Below are positions 28,860-38,599 of a stretch of DNA of 64,000 nt, one piece after another (the first letter of the stretch is position 1; each line of letters begins with the position of its first letter). This DNA comes from Candidatus Thorarchaeota archaeon (GTDB lineage Archaea; Asgardarchaeota; Thorarchaeia; Thorarchaeales; Thorarchaeaceae), in the NCBI GenBank assembly GCA_003345545.1, contig PRDH01000047.1, positions 4,692 through 68,691 of the forward strand, in the 5' to 3' direction. Made by a program: the position numbers and the translations under genes. Below the pieces are notes generated by a model, which had not been told where the DNA came from, searched no databases, and was given only the letters and a program-made list of their open reading frames with translations.

Positions 28860-28896
28860 GAGCAGGCTTCTCCGCCTGCTCCCTTGTTTTTTTTTT
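28860..28896 (+). terminator. Hairpin plus T10 tract after the binding-protein gene (terminator/attenuator)
   Basis: GAGCAGGC (28860-28867) pairs perfectly with GCCTGCTC (28874-28881) across a 6-nt loop. Ten consecutive T follow at 28887-28896, about 20 nt after the stop codon. Confidence 0.55.
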
Positions 28897-29000
28897 CTCC
28901 CCGTGGTTTAGTTCAATTGAAGTCTGTCTTTTTGTGATATTCGAATTCTTTCGTCATTCGAAGAGCTTAAGTCTTTGAATAAAGCAGATTTCTGTGCTCT

Positions 29001-30035
29001 GTGCCTAGCATTTGGGTGATTGAGTTGACTCTAAAGACGTATGTGACTAGCAGAATCCTTCTCACCATTCCAATGATTCTCCTTCTGTTCACGTTTGTGT
29101 TCATAATTGTGAGAATCCTGCCTGGGGATCCTGCTGCAGCCCACTTTGAGAAATCTGTTGATCCATTGGTTCTACAAGAATTCAGACATCGTCTTGGGCT
29201 GGATGCGGATCCGTTTACTCAGTATTTCGCCTACCTCGGAGGCATTCCATTTGGCAACTTCGGGCTGTCCATGCAGGACTTCTCACCTATTAGCAGCCAC
29301 ATAGCAATTAGATTTCCAGCAACCCTTGAACTGACGATTTACGCTATGCTCTTTGCTGTCCTCTTTGGAGTGGCTCTTGGTGTCCAATCAGCAAAGAAAT
29401 ACGACACAGTGCAAGATCATGGCATCAGATTCTTTGGAATAGTCACCTATGCAATCCCTGTCTTCTTTCTCGGTATGATTCTTCAGTTCATATTCTCAAT
29501 CTGGCTTGGTTTCCTGCCAACAGGAACTCGCTTTGACCCCCGCTACGATGCGCCTACAACAATCACAGGCCTGTATACGATCGACAGTCTCTTAACGGGC
29601 AATATTCAGGCGTTCGTCATCTCCATCAGGTATCTTCTACTACCATCTATCACTTTGGGCCTTATCCTTTGCGGGATATTCATTCGGCTCACGAGAACTA
29701 ACATGCTCGAGACTCTAAGAATGGACTTCGTCGTGGCAGCAGAGGCGCGCGGATTATCGGAAGCGAAGGTCACATATGGCTATGCATTGAAGAATGCGTT
29801 CCTTCCAATTCTTACAATGATAGGACTGCAATTTGCTGCACTACTAGCAGGCGCTATTCTCACAGAAACTACATTCAGCTGGCCAGGGCTTGGTACGTAC
29901 CTTGTACAACGCATCAACCATAGAGACTATACGGCGATTCAGGGAGTTGTCGTGTTCTTTGGTATTCTTGTCAGTCTGGTCACGCTGTTTGTTGACATTC
30001 TATACGCGTATTTGGATCCACGAATTAGACTGTAG
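29001..30035 (+). CDS. Opp/Dpp-type ABC permease (DppB/OppB-like)
   Basis: 344 aa. It has the typical N-terminus (...YVTSRILLTIPMILL), the EAA-loop region (VVAAEARGLSEAKV) and a YAYLDPRIR C-terminus. The start may be the TTG at 29025. Confidence 0.85.
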   Translation: MPSIWVIELTLKTYVTSRILLTIPMILLLFTFVFIIVRILPGDPAAAHFEKSVDPLVLQEFRHRLGLDADPFTQYFAYLGGIPFGNFGLSMQDFSPISSHIAIRFPATLELTIYAMLFAVLFGVALGVQSAKKYDTVQDHGIRFFGIVTYAIPVFFLGMILQFIFSIWLGFLPTGTRFDPRYDAPTTITGLYTIDSLLTGNIQAFVISIRYLLLPSITLGLILCGIFIRLTRTNMLETLRMDFVVAAEARGLSEAKVTYGYALKNAFLPILTMIGLQFAALLAGAILTETTFSWPGLGTYLVQRINHRDYTAIQGVVVFFGILVSLVTLFVDILYAYLDPRIRL

Positions 30036-30046
30036 GTGAATGCTAG

Positions 30047-31345
30047 ATGACTCAGAAGAACATCATGGGTGGCATTTTCATTCACCTAAGACCGTCAAAG
30101 GAGACTTTTCAAGAACGCTCAATGAAATGGTGGATCACATTTGTCGTGATCGTGGCAGGAACAGCAGTAGTTCTCGCAGGACTAGTATTCCTGGCCGCTA
30201 TTTCGAGAAGCGGGATAGGCCTGCAAGTGGTCAGCTGTACTTTCATCTTCGGGGTCATCATCCTGATAACAGGTGCAGCACGTAGAGGGATGATACACGA
30301 ACAAAGGCTCACGATTCGTCAAGGCAACATCCTGCTTGTGTTAGTGTCTGCGATTCTTGTTGCTATCATGGCAGAGGTTGGATACATCACAATTGCGGAC
30401 CCCGTTTTGAGAGCAAGTCTACCTGAAGCTATGAGGGGTTCGAGTCTCTCGACCTCTCTGGTATTGGGGGGAGTACTATTCTCTCTCATTATCCTACTAC
30501 TCTATGAGGGATATCCAATACTCAGTCACAGGGGTTCTCCGGGTTTTGTCGCCATGTCTGGGCTGTTGATAGTATTCGCGATTGTATACATGACCGCTGT
30601 CTCTTGGTGGATTGTTCCCTATGACCCGACTAGGCTCGATGTGGGCCCATATGGAGGCGCTCCATCGCTTCAATTTCCGCTAGGGACCACGGCTCTTGGA
30701 CAGGACCTTTTGAGCAGAGTGATCTCAGGAGGGGGAATAATGCTCCAAGTAGCGATAATTTCGGTGGCTGTGTGTTTCTCAATCGGCGTGCCTATGGGTC
30801 TTGCCGCATCATACAGAGGAGGTCTTCCCGATAGAGCAGTATCCCTCGTCATGGATAGTATCTTCGCATTTCCGGGCCTTGTTTTAGCTATTGCGATTGC
30901 AGCCATATTGGGTCCGGGCGTCACGAATATGGCAATGGCAATTGCTGTAGTCTATATACCATCGTACTTCAGAGTAGTCCGGAGTCAGGTGCTAACAATC
31001 AAGGAGCTTCCCTACATTGAAGCAGCTATTGTCATGGGAGCAAGGAATCGAGACATCATCTTCCGGTATATCTTGCCTAATATCCTACCATCTGCAGTAG
31101 TAGTCATGTCGATCAATTTTGCTGATGCAGTTCTTACTGCGGCAGGCCTGACTTTTGTGGGTCTTGGTCTTCCAGTCGATGTGCCAGATTGGGGATGGGA
31201 CTTAACCTTTGGTTCCCACGAATACGTTACAGGCAAGTGGTGGAGCATCACTTTTCCAGGACTCATGATAGTCGTATTAGCACTGGGCTTCACACTGGCT
31301 GGAGAAGGGCTTAATGAAGTGCTGACTCCCAAGCTCAAGGAGTGA
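30047..31345 (+). CDS. Opp/Dpp-type ABC permease (DppC/OppC-like) with an extra N-terminal multi-TM extension
   Basis: 432 aa. The C-terminal ~280 aa match the OppC pattern (PLGTTALGQDLLSRV, AAIVMGARN, LNEVLTPKL). About 130 extra hydrophobic residues precede it. Confidence 0.85.
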   Translation: MTQKNIMGGIFIHLRPSKETFQERSMKWWITFVVIVAGTAVVLAGLVFLAAISRSGIGLQVVSCTFIFGVIILITGAARRGMIHEQRLTIRQGNILLVLVSAILVAIMAEVGYITIADPVLRASLPEAMRGSSLSTSLVLGGVLFSLIILLLYEGYPILSHRGSPGFVAMSGLLIVFAIVYMTAVSWWIVPYDPTRLDVGPYGGAPSLQFPLGTTALGQDLLSRVISGGGIMLQVAIISVAVCFSIGVPMGLAASYRGGLPDRAVSLVMDSIFAFPGLVLAIAIAAILGPGVTNMAMAIAVVYIPSYFRVVRSQVLTIKELPYIEAAIVMGARNRDIIFRYILPNILPSAVVVMSINFADAVLTAAGLTFVGLGLPVDVPDWGWDLTFGSHEYVTGKWWSITFPGLMIVVLALGFTLAGEGLNEVLTPKLKE

Positions 31346-31351
31346 TCAACT

Positions 31352-32374
31352 GTGTTAGAGAGTGAGAATAACCTTCTTGAGATCAGAGATTTGTCAGTGG
31401 AATACAAAACGCGAAGGGGTGTAGCTAAAGGCGTCGATGCAATATCGTTGAATGTTCCAGAGAATAAGACTCTCGGTGTTGCCGGAGAGAGCGGTTGTGG
31501 CAAAAGCACCCTTGGCAGGGCAATCATGCGGCTTGTGGCTTATCCAGGGCGAATCATCAGTGGCGACATCATATTCAACATAGAGGAGGATATCGTGACA
31601 AGTAATGCCACCATCAAAAGAGGACAGGTTAACCTTCTGAAGTTGAACGAGAAAGAGATGAGGGCTATCCGTGGAAAGGAGATTTCGTACATTTTCCAAG
31701 ATCCCATGACTTCCTTGAATCCGATGGCCACTGTTGGCACGCATTTCATCGAGATTATGAAAGCCCATGACCCTACAATCGAGGATGAGAAGGCCATTGA
31801 TAGAGCGAAAAAGATACTCATCGGCTTAGGTATCAATCCTGAAAGAGTGACCGACTATCCCCATCAATTCAGTGGGGGAATGAGACAGCGAGTCATGATC
31901 GGTCTTGCTCTTGCCCTAAAACCCAAGCTACTAATCGCTGATGAGCCTACGACCTCTCTCGATGTAATAGTCGAAGCGCAAATACTTGAGGAAATTGCTG
32001 CTCTCAAGGACAAGTTCAATCTCACGATGATTCTCATAACGCACAATCTGGGGGTCCTTGCCCAGACAGCCGATAATATCGCCATCATGTACACAAGCAG
32101 AGTGGTGGAATTGTCGCCAACACTGGACTTATTCGAGAAACCCCTCCATCCATATGCGCAAGCCCTGCTTCAATCCGTTCCCGACGTCACGCATCCCGAG
32201 AAGCAACTTGCCTGGATTCCTGGTGCTCCTCCAGACCTAGTCAATCCACTCCCAGGATGTATGTATCATCCAAGATGCCCCCATGCGATGGATATCTGCA
32301 CACAGATTGTACCGCCACTGGTCGAAGTAGAGCCTGGAAGACTCGTGGCATGCCATCTCTACCTGGAGGGATAA
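31352..32374 (+). CDS. Opp/Dpp-type ABC ATPase (OppD/DppD-like)
   Basis: 340 aa. Motifs: Walker A GESGCGKST, signature FSGGMRQR, Walker B LLIADEPTTSLD, H-loop ITHNLGV, and a C-terminal Cys/His-rich oligopeptide-transporter tail. Confidence 0.9.
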   Translation: MLESENNLLEIRDLSVEYKTRRGVAKGVDAISLNVPENKTLGVAGESGCGKSTLGRAIMRLVAYPGRIISGDIIFNIEEDIVTSNATIKRGQVNLLKLNEKEMRAIRGKEISYIFQDPMTSLNPMATVGTHFIEIMKAHDPTIEDEKAIDRAKKILIGLGINPERVTDYPHQFSGGMRQRVMIGLALALKPKLLIADEPTTSLDVIVEAQILEEIAALKDKFNLTMILITHNLGVLAQTADNIAIMYTSRVVELSPTLDLFEKPLHPYAQALLQSVPDVTHPEKQLAWIPGAPPDLVNPLPGCMYHPRCPHAMDICTQIVPPLVEVEPGRLVACHLYLEG

Positions 32375-32377
32375 TGT

Positions 32378-33355
32378 ATGGCACTCATTGAGTTTAGAAA
32401 AGTAAAGAAGTTCTTCCCTGTACAGATGGGCTTCATTAGCTCTCTGATATCAAAGAATCAAGAGTATGTTAGAGCTGTAGATGGAATCTCATTCGAAATC
32501 AGGAAGGGAGAGGTTTTGGGGCTCGCTGGAGAGAGCGGCTCCGGAAAGACAACTACTGGCAGACTGGCGGTAAGGCTTCTGCAACCCACAGAGGGTGAGA
32601 TCATCTATGATGGACAGGATATTGCCTTTCTCAAGGGACAACAACTACGCCTGCTCAGAAGGCGTCTGCAGTTCACATTCCAGGATCCCACTTCGTCGCT
32701 CAACCCAAGGATGAAGGTAGGAGACGCTATTGCTGATGCTTTGAGACTTCAGGGCATTGGAACGAAGACAGAGAGAAAGGAGAGAGCTGAGGAAACGCTG
32801 GATAAAGTAGGTCTCTCTCCACCTAGCTCATTCTATGAACGACTTCCTCATCAGCTGAGCGGCGGCCAAAAACAACGCGTGGTCTTTGGCAGGGCAATCA
32901 TCCTCAAACCTGAATTCATCGTGACAGACGAGCCAGTAGCAATGGTGGATGTTTCAATTAAGGCACAGATTCTGAACCTGATGACAGAATTGAAGAAAGA
33001 ACTCAACTTGACCTACCTATTCATCAGTCACGACCTAGCGACAGCCAGGCATGTCTGCGATAGGATTGCAATCATGTATCTTGGGCAAATCATCGAGGTT
33101 GCGGACAGGGACAGCATCTATGAAGATCCTCTTCATCCCTATTCAGTTGGTCTAATGAGCGCGATACCAGTGCCGAATCCGAGAGCTCAGAAGAACGAGG
33201 CAGTCCCGCGTGGAGAGATACCCAGTCCCATCAACCCGCCAAGTGGATGTAGATTTCATCCTAGATGCCCAAGGGCTTTTGAGAAGTGTCCGCTTGAAGT
33301 GCCAGAACTGAAAGAAGTGTCCGATGGCCGAATGGTCGCATGTCATCTCTACTGA
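32378..33355 (+). CDS. Opp/Dpp-type ABC ATPase (OppF/DppF-like)
   Basis: 325 aa. Motifs: Walker A GESGSGKTT, signature LSGGQKQR, Walker B FIVTDEPVAMVD, H-loop ISHDLAT, and a C-terminal CRFHPRCP tail. Confidence 0.9.
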   Translation: MALIEFRKVKKFFPVQMGFISSLISKNQEYVRAVDGISFEIRKGEVLGLAGESGSGKTTTGRLAVRLLQPTEGEIIYDGQDIAFLKGQQLRLLRRRLQFTFQDPTSSLNPRMKVGDAIADALRLQGIGTKTERKERAEETLDKVGLSPPSSFYERLPHQLSGGQKQRVVFGRAIILKPEFIVTDEPVAMVDVSIKAQILNLMTELKKELNLTYLFISHDLATARHVCDRIAIMYLGQIIEVADRDSIYEDPLHPYSVGLMSAIPVPNPRAQKNEAVPRGEIPSPINPPSGCRFHPRCPRAFEKCPLEVPELKEVSDGRMVACHLY

Positions 33356-33477
33356 GTCATAGTCAGTGCAGATAATCAGTACGAGCCACCCCGGACTTGC
33401 TGCCCACTTCATTATTCTGCCCCTCGCACTGAAAGAATAAATGGACCTGTGTACACCAAACGGGCGGGATAAATGCA

Positions 33478-35052
33478 GTGACAGAACTAGAAACAAGGAT
33501 ATCCAAGGTATCTATCTTTCGAGATGGCGCGAGAGTCACGCGTGTAGGCAAGGCACACCTTGGAAAAGGTGCGCAGAGAGTCACGGTCGGCAAGATTACT
33601 GAGCTTGCACAAAGGGATAGCTTTCGAGTAAAAGGCAGAGGACCCGCGAAGCTCTCCAGTATTGATGTGCAGCAAGTGTCGCAGGTCTATGAGCCATCCG
33701 AGGACGTGAAACCTCTGCATGAGGAACTGAAGCAGCTCCAAAAACAATATGATGAAACCAAGGATGAGATCGAGTTTCATAACGCGAAACTAGCGAATCT
33801 CAAGAGTATGACCACGGAGTTTTCCAATCACTTTGGACTAGTATATGCTGCAAATGAGGGAGAAATAACACAGCTCACGGAGATGGACAAGAAATCCTCC
33901 AAGCTGATGCTCGACACTCAGAGGACAATGAGAGAACTGGAGGATAAGCTGCAAGAGATAACCAAGAAGATTGAAGTGGTGAGAGCGAACATAGGAAGAA
34001 TCGGTTCTGTGCGAAGAACAGAGATGACAAACACTGTTGAGGTCGCTCTTGAGGTGTCTGAGGAAGCAGACATTGAACTGGACATCACTTATCAAACGCA
34101 GAATGCTCATTGGCTACCAATCTACGATGTAGATCTTCGTCCAGGAGATTCCAAATTACGCAGAATGGCGCTTCTCTACAATCGGACCGGGGAGGACTGG
34201 AATAAGGTCGATATTGTAGTGTCGACAGCCACAGCAAGGCCAATTGAGGCCATCGAACCAACTCCATACTATGTTGGGGTATATGATCCGGCAGAAGAAC
34301 GCGCGAGAATCGACTCACGTAAAATGAAGAGGGCGCTCGCTATGCCATCAGCTGCACCAATGGCTGCAAAGGCGGTGGCTCCGCCAGCTCCGCCTCCAGA
34401 AATCGAAGAAGAATTCGCAGAGCCAACAGAGACCATCTCCGGGATTGCTACCTACGAACTCCCGAAGCCTGTCAGTATTCCCTCAGATAATGAGAAACAT
34501 CCAGTGACGCTGTTTGAAGAGAGTCTAAGCTCTGAAACTGTACACTATTGGTACGCTGAGGGAATGGCCGAGGTGGTTGCACAAGACAAGGTTACAAACG
34601 CCGACAATGTGATCCTGCCAGGAACGGTCAGGGTCTATGCTGAGGGAGATTACATAGGAGAAACTACTCTTCCTCAGATATCGCCCAGAGAGTCGTTCAA
34701 GATTGGAACCCGTATTGCACAGGATGTCAAGGCAGAGAAGAAACTCACTCATCGAGAAGTTGAGAAAGCTGGCGTGACGCACGGGAAACTGAAACGCTCG
34801 TACGGCTATCGTCTTGAGATACAGAGCTTCTCAAAGCATGCAATAGAGATTGACATCTTTGACAGGATCCCCCACAGTCTCAATCCTGTCATTGAAGTCA
34901 AAGTCGACTGGGAGAAGACTGGAACAAAGAGTCAGAACCTGGGTGTTGCTGAGTGGCATAGGACAATCCAGCCGAATCAGAAAGCAATGGTCGAGTATGA
35001 GTACGATGTATCTTGGGAGAAAGGAGTCACAATTCATCCGCCGCTACCATAG
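33478..35052 (+). CDS. DUF4140/DUF4139 (MuiA-family, TIGR02231-like) protein, paralog 1
   Basis: 524 aa. It has an N-terminal beta region (ISKVSIFRDGARVTRVGKAHL), a central coiled-coil-like segment, a low-complexity A/P/E linker and a C-terminal beta-rich domain ending in WEKGVTIHPPLP. The GTG start aligns with the ATG start of paralog 2. Confidence 0.65.
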   Translation: MTELETRISKVSIFRDGARVTRVGKAHLGKGAQRVTVGKITELAQRDSFRVKGRGPAKLSSIDVQQVSQVYEPSEDVKPLHEELKQLQKQYDETKDEIEFHNAKLANLKSMTTEFSNHFGLVYAANEGEITQLTEMDKKSSKLMLDTQRTMRELEDKLQEITKKIEVVRANIGRIGSVRRTEMTNTVEVALEVSEEADIELDITYQTQNAHWLPIYDVDLRPGDSKLRRMALLYNRTGEDWNKVDIVVSTATARPIEAIEPTPYYVGVYDPAEERARIDSRKMKRALAMPSAAPMAAKAVAPPAPPPEIEEEFAEPTETISGIATYELPKPVSIPSDNEKHPVTLFEESLSSETVHYWYAEGMAEVVAQDKVTNADNVILPGTVRVYAEGDYIGETTLPQISPRESFKIGTRIAQDVKAEKKLTHREVEKAGVTHGKLKRSYGYRLEIQSFSKHAIEIDIFDRIPHSLNPVIEVKVDWEKTGTKSQNLGVAEWHRTIQPNQKAMVEYEYDVSWEKGVTIHPPLP

Positions 35053-35063
35053 GAGGCTAATCA

Positions 35064-36641
35064 ATGAAGGATATGGAAACAAGAATCACGAGCGCAACAG
35101 TATTCCGCGATGGCGCCAGAATAACAAGAATCGGTAAGACTGAACTGACCAGGGGAGAGCAAATCGTGCGAGTCGGGGGGATTACCGAGTATGCACTGCA
35201 AGACAGCTTCCGAGTAAGAGGTCATGGCAAAGCCATTCTCCGAGGCATTGACGTAAAGAAGACGACTCAGACCTATGAACCACAGAGTGACATCAAGGAA
35301 GACCTGATGAAACTGAAAAATCTTGAGAAAGAGAAGAGAGGCATTCAGGACCAGGTCGAACTTCAGAAAGCCAGAATCAGTCATCTTACGACGATGATGG
35401 CCCAATTCAGTTCCGAGTTCGGCAAGTGGTTCAGCGTGGGTGAAACGGGGATGGACCATCTGACCAAGATGGATAAAATGAATCAGGATCTGGTTTCAGA
35501 CGCCAAAAAGAACCTCCGCACACTATCCACTGAACTCGAACGAATCGATGCTGAAATAGCTGCTCTTCGGAATAATATCCAACGGATTCAGGGCGAGAGA
35601 CGGACTCAGACATTCACTGAGGTTTATGTGACTCTTGATGTAAAGGAGAGCACGCCCCTTGAACTCGAGGTGATCTACCAACTATCAGTTGCGAGTTGGT
35701 ACTCCACATATGACGTAGACATTGGACAGGGCGAGGCATCTCTGAAGCGCATCGCCATGGTATACAACAACACCATGGAGAACTGGGAAGACATCGATCT
35801 AATTGTATCAACAGCCTCTGCACGACCAGTCGAGGCAGTGAAACCCCAACCATACTACGTCGACGTATATCGACCAGCTCCACAGGGAGTTGCGTATGCT
35901 AGCGGAGGTCGCTATGCAGAGGCAGCACCAGCGATGGCGATGGACTCTGAGAAACTCATGGAAAAAGAGGAAGCAGAGCCCATGCCAGAGATGGTTGAAG
36001 AGTATGCTGAGGCGTCTGAGAGCCTGAGTGGAATCACAACATACGATGTGCCTGGCAAGGTCACAATTGAAGCCAATAGAGACCCGCAGCCGATCACACT
36101 GACATTGGACAACTTTGAGTCAAAGAGGCTTCATTATTGGAATGCTTCAGCAATGACCGAGGTTGTTGCTCAAGATGAGATTACTAATGGAGACCTCGTG
36201 ATACTCCCAGGAAATGTGAAAGTGTACGCAGATGGCGATTTCATAGGCGAAACAGGCATCAGTACCATTGCTCCTCGTGAGAAATTCAGATTGGGAACAA
36301 GAGCTGCCTATGATATGAAGGCCGAGAAGAAACTCAAGGAGAAAGACACAGAGAAGGCCGGACTGACCCGGGGCAAACAGAAGAGGGGCTACAAGTATCT
36401 CCTCGAATTGAAGAACTTCTCGAAGAGTGAAATCGAGATACGTATTGTAGATCGAATTCCATATAGCACGTCAGAGAAGATCATCATTCAGATGAGCCAA
36501 CCGACGTTGGCGTACAAGACCTTGGAACTTGGGATTGTTACCTGGGAAACCAAGCTCGAGAGCGGCAAGGAACTTAAGATTGAATACGGTTTTGAGGTCG
36601 AATGGGAGAAGGACCTCATTGTGAGACCCCCACTTCCGTGA
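35064..36641 (+). CDS. DUF4140/DUF4139 (MuiA-family) protein, paralog 2
   Basis: 525 aa and colinear with paralog 1 along its whole length (by eye roughly 40-50% identical). An AGGAGG lies 7 nt before the ATG, 11 nt after the stop of paralog 1. Confidence 0.65.
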   Translation: MKDMETRITSATVFRDGARITRIGKTELTRGEQIVRVGGITEYALQDSFRVRGHGKAILRGIDVKKTTQTYEPQSDIKEDLMKLKNLEKEKRGIQDQVELQKARISHLTTMMAQFSSEFGKWFSVGETGMDHLTKMDKMNQDLVSDAKKNLRTLSTELERIDAEIAALRNNIQRIQGERRTQTFTEVYVTLDVKESTPLELEVIYQLSVASWYSTYDVDIGQGEASLKRIAMVYNNTMENWEDIDLIVSTASARPVEAVKPQPYYVDVYRPAPQGVAYASGGRYAEAAPAMAMDSEKLMEKEEAEPMPEMVEEYAEASESLSGITTYDVPGKVTIEANRDPQPITLTLDNFESKRLHYWNASAMTEVVAQDEITNGDLVILPGNVKVYADGDFIGETGISTIAPREKFRLGTRAAYDMKAEKKLKEKDTEKAGLTRGKQKRGYKYLLELKNFSKSEIEIRIVDRIPYSTSEKIIIQMSQPTLAYKTLELGIVTWETKLESGKELKIEYGFEVEWEKDLIVRPPLP

Positions 36642-36669
36642 ATGCTCTGAGTAGGCCGAGCGCAATCTC

Positions 36670-38010
36670 TTACCAGCGGCTCATCTCATCAATGATAGCT
36701 ACTATTCTATGCTGCGCCCTGCGAAAGTTCTCTAGCGAAATGCTCTCATTAGGTGAGTGCGCGTTTCCGAGATGGTCACTACAACCCACAGATACCATTG
36801 GAACGTACCTGTTGAATAGATAGAGCGGGCCAGAACCAGGGCTTGTAGGATGGATGATGAGATCACCGAAGACTCGTCTGTTAGCAGCCTTAACGATCTT
36901 GACGAACGGATGGCTTATGGGAGTCTTCGCCGGTGGATAGCCCTCGATATAGCCAATCTTGATATCGTTGAAACCATGGCTATCAAGATGCCTGCGGAGT
37001 TTCCTATGAATTTCGTCTGGGTGCATGCCCTCTATTAGACGGAAATCGATCTTCACAGAGGCCTTCGCAGGAAGGACCGTCATCGATCCTCTTCCCTGGT
37101 ACCCACTAGTGATTCCGCAGATGTTGCATGTTGGGGCTCCATAGTATGCCTTCTTGAGCTCCATACCACTGAGTCCATTCAGGTACTCATCTACAGCATA
37201 TATCTCTTTGAAGTCAGCCTCGTGAAGATCAATCTTCTCAATAGCCTTAATCTCAGCCTTCGTCAATGGTTTCATACCATCATAGAATCCGTCGATCAAT
37301 ATCCTGCTATTCCCGTCTCTGAGCGTACTGAGCGCCCATACAAGTCGATAGGCTGCAGATGGCAGAATGCAGGCAAGGCTCGAATGAACATTCTTGGATA
37401 GTCGCTCAACTTCCAGCTCTACATAGTAGATGCCCTTGAGGCCTAACCATGCTTCCTGTATCCCATCAATATCTGCCCCACCAAACTCCCAAATCCCTCC
37501 ATCTGCAGTGATGAAGTCCTTGTTCTTCTTGGTATACTCGGGAAGATGTGGACTGCCTATTTCCTCTTCACCTTCGATTACAAACTTGATGTTCACTGGA
37601 AGATCTGTACCAGTTTCTTTGAATGCCTTGATGACCTGAATTCGCGATGTTGTGTCGCCCTTGTTATCAGCCACGCCTCGTCCCCATAGACGGCCTTCTC
37701 TTACCTCTGGCTCGAAAGGCGGCGAAGCCCATAAGTCCATTGGCTCGGCAGGTTGAACATCGTAGTGGTCATAGAACAAGAGCGTTCGCTTAGCGCCCAC
37801 ATCCAGCCAACCTGTCACGACAGGAGCACCACTCGTTGGATGGATTTGGGTTTCCAGTCCCGCATCCCGAAGCATTCTCTCAACCAACTCCGAGGTCTCT
37901 GGTATCCCCTCGCCCTTGGCAGCGACTGTTGGTATCTCTACAAGTTTCTTCAGAGCATCAACAGAACTATGAAGGTCATCATCGATAGACCGGCTGACTT
38001 CTTCATACAT
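36670..38010 (-). CDS. M20-family metallopeptidase (ArgE/DapE/dipeptidase-like)
   Basis: 446 aa. Motifs: FYDHYDVQP, GRGVADNKG, IEGEEEIGS. Confidence 0.85.
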   Translation of the reverse strand: MYEEVSRSIDDDLHSSVDALKKLVEIPTVAAKGEGIPETSELVERMLRDAGLETQIHPTSGAPVVTGWLDVGAKRTLLFYDHYDVQPAEPMDLWASPPFEPEVREGRLWGRGVADNKGDTTSRIQVIKAFKETGTDLPVNIKFVIEGEEEIGSPHLPEYTKKNKDFITADGGIWEFGGADIDGIQEAWLGLKGIYYVELEVERLSKNVHSSLACILPSAAYRLVWALSTLRDGNSRILIDGFYDGMKPLTKAEIKAIEKIDLHEADFKEIYAVDEYLNGLSGMELKKAYYGAPTCNICGITSGYQGRGSMTVLPAKASVKIDFRLIEGMHPDEIHRKLRRHLDSHGFNDIKIGYIEGYPPAKTPISHPFVKIVKAANRRVFGDLIIHPTSPGSGPLYLFNRYVPMVSVGCSDHLGNAHSPNESISLENFRRAQHRIVAIIDEMSRW

Positions 38011-38321
38011 ATATCACACCGGCCATCACTCAATCAACGCGGGTGATATATCCTCTCCTTTAGGCGAAGAGGAGAAGTGAAGGGCGAACAGCGAAGGAGA
38101 ATGGTCTTGCTCGACAGAATCCCGACATCAAATGATTTTCCAGCTGGTCATGGTTTCAAGCCAAGATGCCAAGAAAGCGGAAACATGTGCAAAACAGATG
38201 AGTCCCAACTGGCTGAGGTGTTCGATGGACATTAAGCAGCCTGCCGGACATGGAGATGAAGCTCTGGAGGCCACCCAACTCCGGGGCATCCTCCAGAGGA
38301 ACTGCTTCTGAACGAGATTCA

Positions 38322-38489
38322 CTAGAGATCTACTGGTCGGCAGAGGTAGTCTTTGCTGTTAGCTGCTCGCCCGCAGACTTCACAGATGTACTTTGGATTC
38401 TTTACTCGTTCTCGCATCTTTGCCACGTTATTGTGCTTTGCGAACTCACACATGTGTTCTTTATGTTCACTCAACTCTAATACCTCCAT
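38322..38489 (-). CDS. Small Cys-containing protein (55 aa), unknown function
   Basis: Not in the ORF track. My translation is MEVLELSEHKEHMCEFAKHNNVAKMRERVKNPKYICEVCGRAANSKDYLCRPVDL. The pattern KYxCxxCGxxAxxxxxLCxP looks like a small conserved metal-binding protein. No ribosome-binding site was seen. Confidence 0.35.
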   Translation of the reverse strand: MEVLELSEHKEHMCEFAKHNNVAKMRERVKNPKYICEVCGRAANSKDYLCRPVDL

Positions 38490-38599
38490 GAGTGTCCAAA
38501 GGGGGATTGAGGTCTTTAATAAGGATTAGGACTCGCTCAAGCATCATAGAACCCATGTCTGTGTTTCTAGCTGTTTTGAAGACATGAAGAAGCACCAAC

